Source of the DNA: Octopus vulgaris
Lineage: Eukaryota
DNA: 64,000 nt
Reading direction: 5' to 3'
Assembly: GCA_951406725.2 (NCBI GenBank)
Contig: OX597814.1
Span: 11,470,001-11,534,000 of the forward strand
Shown: positions 12,664-25,215 of the stretch, piece by piece
Layout of the letters: every line of letters starts with the position of its first letter
Numbering within the stretch: the first letter of the stretch is position 1
Notes under the pieces: model-generated
The model's database searches: none
What the model was told of the DNA's origin: nothing
Seen by the model: the letters and a program-made list of their open reading frames with translations, nothing else
Made by a program: the position numbers and the translations under genes

Positions 12664-13085
12664 GTCAGATTTTAAAATGATTTTTATGATTAAGAGCAGC
12701 TATTGGCCAAACGCTTCAATGACTACAGTAAACGGTTTCCCGTTCATATTTAAGTTGTTATTTGAAACCTCGCTGGAGTCAATATTGCTTTTTCATCATT
12801 TTCTTGTCAGATTTTAAAAGGATTTTTAAAATTAAGTGCAATATTGGTCAAAACGCTAAAGCGACTAAAGTAAGCGGTTTACCGTTCATATTTAAGTTCT
12901 AATTTGAAACCTCGCTGAAGTCAGTGTTGTTTTTCATCATTTTCTGTGTAGATTTTAAAATGATTTTCGAAATTAAGTGCAGGTATTGGTCAAAACGCTA
13001 GAGCGACTAGAGTAAATTGTTTGCCGTTTATATTTAAGTTCTGATTAGAAATCTCTCTCAAATTAATGTAGCTTTTCACATTCCG
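12664..13085 (+). repeat. Three ~141-bp diverged tandem units
   Basis: Units start ~12664, 12806, 12947 with (GTC)AGATTTTAAAA and share CCGTTCATATTTAAGTT and GAAACCTCGCTG. Confidence 0.85.
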
Positions 13086-14057
13086 GATCGATATAAAAAA
13101 AATACTATAAGGTGAGTACTACAAGTAGTTCAATCATCATCATCATCATCATAATCATCATCATCATCACCATCATCATCAGTATTGCACAAATCATTGA
13201 AGGAAGGGTGATGAACTGGAAGAATCGTTAAGGCATAAAAAAATATGTTGTGTTACTTTTCCCTGGTTTTTACTTCCTGGGTTCAAATTCCACAGAAGTC
13301 AACTTTTACTTTTTTATTCTCTCCGGAATCGATAAAATAAAGCGGATTCAAAGGGTTTTTCATCTGAAACCCTCCCCCGTAAATTACTGGACTTATACCA
13401 AAAGTAGAGAAAATAATTACTCGGAGGACTCACAATTGGTTAATGAGTCGGCGATGAAGCCTATAAGTTGTCACTCGATGTACTAGAAACAGCAACCTAC
13501 ACATCCCCCAATCAGACCCTGCCTTTTTCAAAATAGGGCTCACTTTTAAGTCATGGGACGGTTACAGTTGAAATAATTATGATAATAGCACCGGTCAATC
13601 AGAGTTGATAATGAAGCTGAAAAATAACAACTATTATTTTCTACGACTTCTATGTTTGCTATTTTTATTCCGACATGCTGTTAAGAGCAACACGCAAATA
13701 ACGTATCAATAATGCATTGAACAAAGCCTGTATACTCAACTACTGTTAGGAAAACCGATAATTTGCCATGAGATATGAAGGTGGAACATTTGCTTGGTAA
13801 CGGTGAGTTGCGTAATTCCATTAACGTCAGTGAGTTCGTTGCTATTTTTTAATCTTAAATTGTGCTCAACTATCAATAAACAAGGCTCGAATAACCACTC
13901 ATAAGTTTATGATGTTACATCTAATTATTTTAGTATATATATATATGAGATAATGGTGTCATTGAGACCCAAAGGTGTCAGGTAATGCTGAATAAGTGCT
14001 ATAGACAGCCTTGGTTTTTTTTTATCTTATTACGCAAAAAATTCTTTTATATATATA

Positions 14058-14560
14058 CTAGCAGTATCGCCCGGCGTTGCTCGGGTTTGTAAGGGAAATA
14101 ACTACATAAGCATTTTTAGAGAGTTACTTCCCTTATAGATGCCAATTCGGGCTTTCTTAGCCATTTCTGTTTTGGTGTCTTCAAGCCATGAAGTCGTTGT
14201 TCTAAAAGAACGCTGGTCTCCTTGACAACGCTTTACGACGTTGATTTCCTTACACTCCCTTCCCCACAGTTTCACGAGGGAGGGAAGAAGGGGGAGAAGC
14301 AAACAGGTGCAGGTGTGACCATGGACGCCAACTCCACCGCCATCGACACACGAAAAATTATGCATTAAAATGGAATAAAAAATGATGTTAAATTATTTTT
14401 AAAATCGTAGACTCATCGTAGACGCGCGCTAATACTCAGACGGGCTCGAGTATAAGATACCCGAATTTGGTTAAACTGCACCGCAAAATGTGGGAGTAGT
14501 TAGGAATCTAAATCGAAGGGGACAGACACTCACACAACTACAGTTTTATATATATAGATA
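14058..14560 (-). mobile_element. Non-autonomous Helitron-type element with extra internal segment
   Basis: CTAGCAGTATCGCCCGGCGTTGCTCGGGTTTG is the reverse complement of the Helitron 3' end; other end shared with 28488-28872. Confidence 0.75.
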
Positions 14561-14794
14561 TACGTGTGTGAGTACGTAACGTATGTTTGTATATACATGA
14601 ATATGTATGTGTATGGGTGTGTTTATACATGTGCGTGTCTATGTGTATCATTCCATTTTTCACTTATCATTTCAGTATCCAACATCTTCCGGTATCTCTT
14701 TTCCCACCCTCTCTTTCACTCTTCCTTTCTCTTTCTCTCCCTCTCTCATGCACATACATGCACACTCTATGTACATATATAGATATAGATATAC

Positions 14795-15008
14795 AGAACG
14801 CCATGATAGACCGTTAGCTCCTACACGCATTTTTTCTCTCCTTGTTTCTCTCCTTGTTTCCTTTCTGTGTATCTTTCCGTCGAAGAGCGTAGGCTCGAAA
14901 CGTAAAAGACTTTTTCTATTTCTATTCCTGAGCGCCATACTAATACATTTGTTTGTTTGTACTCCACCTGCCTTCGCCTTTTGTTTATTTTCGTAAACCT
15001 TCCCGTTA
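14795..15008 (+). mobile_element. Penelope-like terminal fragment with hammerhead-like motif
   Basis: TCTTT-CCGTCGA-A-GAGC-GTAG-GCTC-GAAACGTA-AAAGA at 14872-14909; homologous to 778-950 and 27200-27380. Confidence 0.7.
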
Positions 15009-15114
15009 TATAGATATAGATATAGATATAGATCTATATGTGTATTTAAGTAAAACACACACACACTGACACACACACGTATATATCTGCCCTTGTCTAT
15101 TTGCCTGTCTATCT

Positions 15115-15121
15115 ATACATG

Positions 15122-15153
<32 letters not shown>

Positions 15154-15785
15154 CATACATACATACATACATACATACATACACATACATACATACATAC
15201 ACACATACATGCACACATACATACATACATACATACACACATATATACACACATACATGCACACATACATGCATACACACACACATACATTCATACATAC
15301 GTACATACATACATACATTCATACATACATACATACATACATACAAACATACATACATACATACATGCATACATACATGCATACATACATACACACATAC
15401 ATACAAACATACATTCATACATACATACATACATACATGCATACATACATGCATACATACATACACACATACATACACACATACATGCACACATACATAC
15501 ATACATACACACATATATACACACATACATGCACACATATATACATATATACATACACACATATATACACACATACATGCACACATACATATATACACAC
15601 ATACATACACACATACATACATACATACACACATACATACACACATACATACATACATACATACATACACACATATATACACACATATATGCACACATAC
15701 ATACACACATACATACATACATATATACACACATACATGCACATATACATACATGCATGCATACATACATACATACATACATACA

Positions 15786-15815
<30 letters not shown>
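15115..15815. repeat. (CATA)n/(CA)n compound microsatellite
   Basis: Direct reading. Confidence 0.95.
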
Positions 15816-15816
<1 letters not shown>

Positions 15817-16306
15817 CCCACACACTGTGACTGCCTATCGCTTACCTATCTCTTTATCTCATAATCTATCTTTTCTACTAATTGAGCTATCTATATATCT
15901 ATCTATCTCACCTCTTTCCTCTCCGATTTCTTCTCTCGTGTTCCTCTTCTTCTAATTGGATTTATCCTTCATCCATTTCTACTTGATCAGCTACCCTTTC
16001 TCCACCCCGGGGCTTTGGACTTTCCTTTACGTTTCTTTTGATCCTCACCGCCAAACAGTTGTTAGATTAAGTAATCCACCTAACCCGCAGAATTTTATCA
16101 TCTCATCTCCTTATGAACTGCTAATGTCACTGATGATGCGACCACGATTATCCTCATCATCAGCCTTCATCCAAGTCACCCCCACCCCAAACCCCACCCC
16201 CACCACCATCATTATCATCTTCATCAACATATCACCCCCACCTCTGAAGCAATGTTGTCACATCATCATCATTATTATTATTATTACTATTATTATTATT
16301 ATTATT

Positions 16307-16337
<31 letters not shown>

Positions 16338-16725
16338 GTGTTATTATTATTATTATTAGTAGTAGTAGTAGTTGTAGTAGTAGTAGTAGTTGTAGTAGTG
16401 GTGGTGGTGGTGGTGGTGGTGGTGGTGGTAGTAGTAGTAGTGGCAGTAGTTCATGGATTTAGATGAAAAGGGGAAATTTGTTTTTCAAGGACCTTGTTTT
16501 TTTAAACATTTAGTGTCAGCTAGATGTGAGCTAAAGTGAGGAACTCCTTTTGTTCATCAACAAAGATGCCACTCTTAATGACTTAGTGGCCGGATGTTTT
16601 GTTCTTTTTTTCTTTCTTTCTGTCGTTTAATCGGGATGGAAGACAATGCCTATGACTCTGTGAAGAGTCCTCGGCAATTCCTTTTCGCTTTCGTTTTTGT
16701 TTTTCTTCAACAGAAATTCGCCATT

Positions 16726-17636
16726 AAGGCGGCGAGCTGGAAGAAACGTTAGCACGCCGGGTGGAAGTGCTTAGCGACATTTCGTCTGCCGTTACGTTCT
16801 GAGTTCAAATTCCGCCGAGGTCGACTTTGCCTTTCATCCTTTCGGGGTCGATAAATTAAGTACCAGTTACGCACTGAGGTCGATATAATCGACTTAATCC
16901 GTTTGTCTGTCCTTGATTGTCCCCTCTATGTTTAGCCCCTTGTGGGTAATAAAGAAACAGGTATTTCGTCTGCCGTTACGTTCTGAGTTCAAATTCCGCC
17001 GAGGTCGATATAATCGACTTAATCCGTTTGTCTGTCCTTGTTTGTCCCCTCTGTGTTTAGCCCCTTGTGGGTAATAAAGAAACAGGTATTTCGTCTGCCG
17101 TTACGTTCTGAGTTCAAATTCCGCCGAGGTCGACTTTGCCTTTCATCCTTTCGGGGTCGATAAATTAAGTACCACTTACGCACTGAGGTCGATATAATCG
17201 ACTTAATCCGTTTGTCTGTCCTTGTTTGTCCCCTCTGTGTTTAGCCCCTTGTGGGTAATAAAGAAACAGGTATTTCGTCTGCCGTTACGTTCTGAGTTCA
17301 AATTACGCCGAGGTCGACTTTGCCTTTCATCCTTTCGGGGTCGATAAATTAAGTACCAGTTACGCACTGGGGTCTATATAATCGACTTAATCTATTTATC
17401 TGTCCTTGTTTGTCCCCTCTATGTTTAGCCCCTTGTGGGTAATAAAGAAACAGGTATTTTGTCTGCCGTTACGTTCTGAGTTCAAATTCCGCCGAGGTCG
17501 ACTTTGCCTTTCATCCTTTCGGGGTCGATAAATTAAGTACCAGTTACGCACTGGGGTCGATGTAGTCGACTTAATCCGTTTGTCTGTGTTTGTTTTTCCC
17601 CTCTATGTTTAACCCCTTGTGGGCAATAAAGAAATA
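16726..17636 (+). mobile_element. SINE family A pentamer with 14-bp target-site duplication
   Basis: One head then units restarting at GGTATTT(C/T)GTCTG (~16960, 17084, 17269, 17452); AGAAATTCGCCATT at 16712-16725 and 17637-17650. Confidence 0.92.
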
Positions 17637-17814
17637 AGAAATTCGCCATTGGATTTCAAAATATAATGAGCCAACGAAGAAGCTTCTAACTGGTCAGATT
17701 ATTGTCAAGAATAACAGGAAATCCTCTCTCAAACTACGCAATACCGCCTTCAAAAGGAACTCACACGTTGGCTACTGTAGTCATATATGCACTGTTTCTA
17801 TTAAAATTTGTGAA

Positions 17815-18110
17815 GCTGGGTGGATAAGTAGTTAAGGTTTTCGGCTCAAGATCGTAAGGTCGTGAGTTCGATACCCGACGGGGCATGGTTTCCTTGAGCA
17901 ACACACTTTATTCCACATTGCTACAACAAATTCAACTAACAAAAATGATTAGCACCTGTATTTGAAAGAGCTGGTTTTGTCACACTCTGTGTCGCACTGA
18001 ATCTCCCTGAGAACTACATTAAGAGTATGCATGTCTATGGAGTGCTTGCACGTTAATTTCACCAGCAGCTTGTTCTCTTCATCGGAACAACTGGAACATT
18101 CGTTGTCGTA
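17815..18110 (+). mobile_element. tRNA-derived SINE group C, degenerate
   Basis: Head ..AGTAGTTAAGG..GTGAGTTCGATACCCG, CCTTGAGCAACACACTTTATTCCACATTGCT; 3' half CTGAATCTCCCTGAGAACTAC..CACGTTAATTTCAC shared with 6463-6800. Confidence 0.7.
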
Positions 18111-18199
18111 AAAGTGCCTGCCATATACAGGACTCAAAAAGCACTGCAATCCATGAATGCAGCCACTTAGAGATTTGGAGATCAGTATGTGTTATGATG

Positions 18200-18935
18200 T
18201 ACCATTTCATGCGCACATTACAAAGATGGCAACAAAAATGTAGACACTTGGTAGGGCAAGAGGCCAAGAAGTTATGGTGACACTGTGGAAGACCTTTGTT
18301 CTTAACCACTTGGCCTATTACACTCAGCTGTGGTCACCACATGCGTCAAACTAACAGCAGATCTTGAAAGGATCAAGTGCTACTACAATAAAAAGATTAA
18401 CACAGTGTAGCTGATGGACTATTGGGAGAGGCTGCAAAAAAAACTACGATTTTACTCCTTGGAGCAAAGATTCGAGAAATATGTAATTATTTACTTGTGG
18501 AAAATTCTGAAAGAGCTAATACCTAACTTTGGCTTTGTGTAGTTCCAAAGGCACCGTACACTTCATCTGAAGTGAGGACAAGATACTGCATTAGTTTGGG
18601 TTCAAAGGCTTGCAGCACTTCAATGTTCTGTCAAAAGAATTAAGAAAACTATGCAATATGGATGTCTTCAGATAGGAATTGGATAGTTTTCTATACACGA
18701 TACCAAAAGAACAACAGTCCCAGCATGACGTACAGACAAGGATGACAGTGTCAAAGTTCCTCAAACATCAAATGACCCAACAAACAAGGACAAAAGCAAA
18801 TGCAAAGGCGGTGAGATGAAACTCCACCATGAAGAAGGAATCAACGGCATAAGAATGCTGTGGAAATGGTACACAGTCACGGTGCTGCTCCAGCATGACC
18901 GCAGCTGCATAGATGAAACACATAAAATAAAAGAA
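18200..18935 (+). pseudogene. Decayed CR1/L2-group LINE ORF2 C-terminus and 3' tail
   Basis: Interrupted translation LWKTFVLNHLAYYTQLWSP...EKYVIIYLWKILKELIPNFG...GFKGLQHFNVLSKELRKL...LDSFLYTIP; tail GCTCCAGCATGACCGCAG. Confidence 0.75.
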
Positions 18936-19019
18936 ATACATACAGTCATACATTTATATATACATGCATGCATACATATATACGTACATACATAAATACA
19001 TACGTACGTATATATATAC

Positions 19020-19054
<35 letters not shown>

Positions 19055-19159
19055 CATATATACATACATATATATATACATATATATATATATACATATA
19101 TATATATACATATATATATACATATATATATATACATATATATACATATATATACATAC

Positions 19160-19233
<74 letters not shown>

Positions 19234-19372
19234 TAGATTTTTTATATGCTAGGCTACTGGTTTTAAATTGATATTAATTAAATTAATATTCAATTTATCT
19301 CCCTCATTATTTAAATATATATATATGTAAATGTGTGTGTGTGTGTGTGTGCCTCTGTGTGTATACAGTATG

Positions 19373-19427
<55 letters not shown>

Positions 19428-19430
<3 letters not shown>

Positions 19431-19632
19431 TAATCCAAACAAGAAAACTAAAAAAAACAGCAACGCGAGGACGTGGAACAAATAAAGTATTATTGGACGC
19501 TCAGGAAAGAAGGGAAGAAGGAGGGTTTAACGTTTCGAGCGGAGCTCTTCGTCGGAAACAAAGGAGAAGGAAAGATCCCGAGAAGGGAAGACAGAGGAAA
19601 AAAAATTGCTGGCGGTGCTCACGAGGTCACAT
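19428..19632 (-). mobile_element. Penelope-like terminal fragment (second subfamily) with hammerhead-like motif
   Basis: Minus strand GTTT-CCGACGA-A-GAGC-TCC-GCTC-GAAACGTT-AAAC (19525-19559); sister copy at 39790-39995; flanked both sides by (TA)n. Confidence 0.7.
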
Positions 19633-19633
19633 G

Positions 19634-19714
<81 letters not shown>

Positions 19715-20273
19715 CAAGAGGAAGGGAAATGAGAATCAATAGACTAAGAGTGTGGTTCCTGAAACAAATGATGCCAACAACAGTTGGAATGGAAGACTTT
19801 GGAGAATAAACAACCAGCCACAGGTGAATTAGTTTCACACAGCAATGCAATTAGTTCCACACTGCTTTCGCTATCGGCTGGAATATAATTAGGCACTCCA
19901 GCTTTGGGATGGAAACCGTGATATATTATTTTATCGATAACAGAAGGATTAAAGGCAGCGTCGGCCCCGAAGGGTCTTGAAGTCATAACGTATATATAAG
20001 CACTGCAAGTTTCATTGGTGCTCTTTTACTCCTGCCATCTACATCTACCATTAGTTCCTACGAATAACAATGATCTCTAACGTTATTGGTGTATGTAATG
20101 CTTCCATACGATTGCATGAGAACGAGTAAATGACTGGTGCTTTATCAGAAATTACAGAAAGAAAAGTAGGAGTAACAACTACTGCGTGAATGAATGAATT
20201 CTATAGCATATGTAGTGTAATTTTTATCACTATAGAACATCCAAACAGGTTCATAGAAAATATATATGGTTAA

Positions 20274-20304
<31 letters not shown>

Positions 20305-20305
20305 T

Positions 20306-20420
<115 letters not shown>

Positions 20421-20730
20421 TGTTTCTTTATTAGCCACACAGGGCTGCACACAGACGGGACAAATTACAAGGTAAAGCTTTTCTTTTTGGAGATAAAAAA
20501 AAGGTGGGTTGGTGTTCGATCAAAAGGGATCGTAAAAGGAAAGAAAGAGGAAAGCAAAAAAAAAGGGGGTGGTAAAAAGGAAGGGAAAAAGAAAAAATCG
20601 ATCAATAGGAATCGTTATCACAGAAATGTCAATGTAAAGTGTAAAGGGGAAGACAGGTGAGGTTTACCCGTGGAAAGAAAAGCCTACGGAAAAGACCACG
20701 GTGACCACGGAAAAGACCGCGGTAACAAAT
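20421..20730 (-). mobile_element. Probable LINE 3' UTR fragment ending in (ATCT)n
   Basis: Minus strand ends TTTGTCCCGTCTGTGTGCAGCCCTGTGTGGCTAATAAAGAAACAT then (ATCT)n; pyrimidine-rich UTR-like body; no coding sequence retained. Confidence 0.5.
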
Positions 20731-20806
20731 AAGCAACTCTCTGTATTCATCGATATACACTCACATATATATATTACACAGCATGATAGACAGACAGGCG
20801 GATAGC

Positions 20807-20895
<89 letters not shown>

Positions 20896-20950
20896 TCATC
20901 AGCAGTGGTTCAGTGATGTTTTATACATCGAACGATATGTCTGTATGTGT

Positions 20951-21537
20951 AAGGCGGCGAGCTGGCAGAGTCGTTAGCACGCTGGGCGAAATGCTCAGCG
21001 GTATTTCGTCTGCCGTTACGTTCTGAGTTCAAATTCCGCCGAGATCGACTTTGCCTTTCATCCTTTCGGGGTCGATTAAATAAGTACCAGTTACGCACTG
21101 GAGTCAATATAATCGACTTAATCCGATTGTGTGTGCTTGTTTGTCCTCTCTGTGTTTAGCCCCTTGTGGGTAGTAAAGAAATAGGTATTTCATCTGTCTT
21201 TACGTTCTGAGTTCAAATTCCGCCGAGGTCGATTTTGCCTTTCATCCTTTTGGGGTCGATTAAATAAGTACCAGTTACGCACTGGTGTCAATATAATCGA
21301 CTTAATCCGATTGTGTGTGCTTGTTTGTCCTCTCTGTGTTTAGCCCCTTGTGGGTAGTAAAGAAATAGGTATTTCATCTGTCTTTACGTTCTGAGTTCAA
21401 ATTCCGCCGAGCTCTACTTTGCCTTTAATTCTTTCGGGGGTCGATGAATTAAGTACGAGTTGTGTACTGGGGTCGATCTAATCGACTGGCTCCCTCTCCC
21501 AAAATTTTCGGGCCTTGTGCCTAGAGTAGAAAAGAAT
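20951..21537 (+). mobile_element. SINE family A trimer
   Basis: Head + units restarting at GGTATTTCATCTG (~21184, 21368); last unit has the alternative tail CCAAAATTTTCGGGCCTTGTGCCTAGAGTAGAAAAGAAT. Confidence 0.9.
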
Positions 21538-21756
21538 GTGTGTATATATGTATTACATACACATGTTGTTAGCCGCATAAATGTATATACAATGAAGTGT
21601 GCACACATTTTTAAACAAACATGTACAAGCTCGAAAGATATACATATGAATACATATATGTGTGTGTAAAATAAATACATACACACACATATGCATATAT
21701 ATATACAAATATAGATACCAATAAGCATACATGAATACATACATTTATATACAAAC

Positions 21757-22180
21757 ATAGGAGTGGCTGTGTGGTAAGTAGCTTGCTAACCAACCACATG
21801 GTTCCGGGTTCAGTCCCACTGCGTGGCATCTTGGGCAAGTGTCTTCTGCTATAGCCCCGGGCCGACCAATGCCTTGTGAGTGGATTTGGTAGACGGAAAC
21901 TGAAAGAAGCCTGTCGTATATATGTATATATATATATATATATGTATATATATGTATGTGTGTGTGTTTGTGTGTCTGTGTTTGTCCCCCTAGAATTGCT
22001 TGACAACCGATGCTGGTGTGTTTACGTCCAAGTAACTTAGCGGTTCGGCAAAAGAGACCGATAGAATAAGTACTGGGCTTACAAAGAATAAGTCCCGGGG
22101 TCGATTTGCTCGACTAAAGGCGGTGTTCCAGCATGGCCGCAGTCAAAATGACTGAAACAAGTAAAAGAGTAAAAAGAGTA
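21757..22180 (+). mobile_element. SINE family B, full length
   Basis: Near-identical to 6829-7240; ends GTAAAAGAGTAAAAAGAG. Confidence 0.9.
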
Positions 22181-22739
22181 TATAATCACATACGCATTCG
22201 CTCACATAGACACATACAAAGAAACAAACACGAGGTTTTCGTATTGTCTGGTGTAAGGGAAACGTGCAGCTTGTAAGCCTCTGTTTTGTAAGCGATAGGG
22301 GCACTTCAACTGACAATTTGAACGAACTAGAGGAATATTAAGTAATTAAAATGTAACAGGCGTAGGACACAGGCACGGAGAGCGGGAAGAGAGAAAGGGG
22401 CGAAGGGAGAGTATGAAGGAAAGAGGGAAGGAGAGTTATCAGATTAGGGAGAATTAGTGGAGAAAGGAGATGGAGAACGGGACAGAGAGAAAGGCCAGTG
22501 TGAGCGATTAGTGATATGGGGATAAGGGGAGTGAGAGACGGAGGGGAAAGAAGGTAAAAGATTCCGTGAGAAAGCTGATTAATAAGGTGAGAAGCGAGGG
22601 TGGGGGGTGGGGGAGATGATGTTTCAGAAAAGTAGGGGAGAAAAGGGATTGAAAGAAATGGTGTTTGAAAGGATTCTGAGAGAGTGGTATGGGAAGATGC
22701 AGGGGAGGGGAGATAGGATGAGAGAGATGAAGAGATGGA

Positions 22740-22984
22740 GAAATAAGAAGAATAGAGAGAGAGGGAGAGAGAGAGAGAGAGAGATGGAGAACGAGAGAAA
22801 GAGATGGAAACTGAGAGAGAGAGAGAGAGGTGGAGAAAGAGCGAGAGAAAGAAATGGAGAGACAGAGAGAGAAATGGAGAGAGATGGAGAAACAGAGAGA
22901 GAGATGAAGAAATAGAGAGAGATGAAGAAATAGAGAGAGATGAAGAAACAGCGAGAGAAAGAGAGAGAAAAAGAGATGGAGAAA

Positions 22985-23019
<35 letters not shown>

Positions 23020-23432
23020 GGAAAAGTAAAGGAGAAAGATGGAGAAAAGTGAGAGTGAGAGCAAAAGAGAAGTGGAGAAAGAGCGAGGGAAAGAGATGGA
23101 GAGACAGAGAGAGAAATGGAAAGAGATGGAGAAACAGAGAGAGAGAGAGAGATGAAGAAACAGCGAGAGAAAGAGATATAGAGAAAGAGAAAGAGAAAGA
23201 GATAGAGAAAAGGAAGAGAGAGAGAGATGGCGAAAAAGTAAGGGAGAGAGAAGGAGAAAGGTGAGGGAGAGAGCGAAAGAGAGGTGGAGAAAGAGCGAGA
23301 GAAAGAGATGGAGAGACAGAGAGAGCAATGGAGAGAGATGGAGAAACAGAAAGATATGAAGAAAGAGAGAGAGATGAAGAAACAGCGAGAGAAAGAGATA
23401 TAGAGAAAGAGAGAGAAAAAGAGATGGAGAAA

Positions 23433-23469
<37 letters not shown>

Positions 23470-23640
23470 GAAAAAGTAAGGGAGAAAGATGGAGAAAAGT
23501 GAGGGAGAGAACGAAAGAGAGGTGGAGAAAGAGCGAGAGAAAGAGAGAGAAAAAGAGATGGAGAAAAGCGAGAGAAAGAAATGGTGAAAAAGTAAGGGAG
23601 AAAGATGGAGAAAGGTGAGGGACAGAGATGAAGAAAGAGC
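22740..23640. repeat. Polypurine (GA-rich) complex tandem repeat
   Basis: Recurrent blocks GAGATGGAGAAA, GATGAAGAAACAGCGAGAGAAAGAG, GATGGCGAAAAAGTAAGGGAG. Confidence 0.9.
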
Positions 23641-24331
23641 AAGGAAAAGAGAAGGAATTCTGAGAGAGAGAAAAGCAGTGAGAAACAAGAGAAACAAGGT
23701 CAAAGAAAGAGGCGGAAAGACTTACTGGGATGGAGGAACTGTAGCAGGGAGATGGGGCAGTGAGAGAGATTGAGAGGCATAGTAAGGAGAGTACTGATAC
23801 ACTTGAAATATGTTCAGTACGTCCTGCACACGTATAACCTCCACACAGTTTGGCTACTAATGTAATAGGTATAGCACCATTTTGTCATTACGCCTATGTA
23901 TCGATACGTACATCGGGTTAATAGGAGCTGAGTCTTATAATATACGTTCTAATTATGTGTGTGTGTGTGTGTGTACATGAACCCACTACACACACACATG
24001 CTCATTCAAACACACACACAAACACACAGGCGCGCGCATATGTATAATATAGAGAGAATAGAAATAAGTTTTACATGTATAAACGAATAGTATACATGTA
24101 ATTTAATCCGATTGTTACATATAGTTTTGATAAGGTTATGTAATTATATCCAATGTATTTGAGCAAAATATGCCCGGATGATTTATCAAAATTACCATTC
24201 TATGCATACATACGTATGTGCATATATACATGCATACATACAAATATACATGCATGCATACATATATACATGCATACATACATACATACATACATACATA
24301 CATACATACATACATACATACATACATACAT

Positions 24332-24396
<65 letters not shown>

Positions 24397-24519
24397 TGTT
24401 TGTAAAATGCATAAACAGAGCCCCAAAGATAGCTTTCAGATACACGGGGTATTATGGAGATATGCCTGTTCAAGTATCATAAACATGAAACTATTAGTAG
24501 CTCTTTCGGTTGTATATAA

Positions 24520-24862
24520 GGGGTAAAGACCCCCTTCGGTCATGAATGACCATGGGATTGCACCTAGAAAGTTACCCTCCTAGACACAAGTCCGGGCAAG
24601 GTTGTTTATGGAAGACCAGCAGTCGCCCATGCATACCAGCCTCCCCTCTCCATGCTACCAGTGTTATCCAAGGGAAAGACAAAGGTTGATACAGCTTGGC
24701 ACCAGTGACGTCGCAACTCATTTCTACAGCTGAGTGAACTGGAGCAACGTGAAATAAAGTGCCTTGCTCAAGAACACAACACGCAGCCCGGTCCGGGATT
24801 CGAGCTCACAACCTCATGATCGTAAGCTCGACGCTCTAACCACTGAGCCATGCGCCTTCACT
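24520..24862 (-). mobile_element. tRNA-derived SINE group C, well preserved
   Basis: Minus strand GTGAAGGCGCATGGCTCAGTGGTTAGAGCGTCGAGCTTACGATCATGAGGTTGTGAGCTCGAATCCCGGACCGGG then TTCTTGAGCAAGGCACTTTATTTCACGTTGCTCC. Confidence 0.85.
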
Positions 24863-24905
24863 TGTAAATAGAATTTACATATATATATGTGTGTGTGTGT
24901 GTGTG

Positions 24906-24942
<37 letters not shown>

Positions 24943-24946
<4 letters not shown>

Positions 24947-25215
24947 CAAAGAAGAATACAGTGTACGTTCAAAAGAGATACCCGAAGAATAGGATATCTG
25001 ACACGCTAGAAAGAGCAGTTAAAACTCCAAGCCACCAATTGTGGTAATTCCGAAAGTGATTGGAAAATAAAAACTTTTACCTTAATCCTAGGATTAAGGT
25101 AAAAGTTTTATTTTCCAATCCTTTCGGAATTACCACACTGGAGTTTTAACTTCTTCTAGCTGTCAGATATCCTATATCTCTTTTGTGTTTGAATACAGTA
25201 TTCTATCTGAATAAT
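24943..25215. repeat. Spacer-less palindromic fold-back element
   Basis: Perfect 40-bp palindrome 25070-25109 centred on CCTAGG, extending ~130 bp each side with deletions in the right arm; left arm related to 62200-62400. Confidence 0.85.

Noticed and set aside
15093-15955. Long HTYI/MYVC ORFs here and at many other positions
   Set aside because: Stop-free frames of (CATA)n, (TA)n and (CA)n repeats
16726-17636. CRISPR-like regular array
   Set aside because: Whole units repeat with no unique spacers; it is a SINE multimer
22338-23703. 434-aa and 359-aa Ser/Leu/Phe ORFs
   Set aside because: Polypyrimidine repeat translation with no domain signal
24785-24860. tRNA gene (also 27843-27915)
   Set aside because: A/B boxes present but acceptor stem is imperfect and sequence continues into a SINE body
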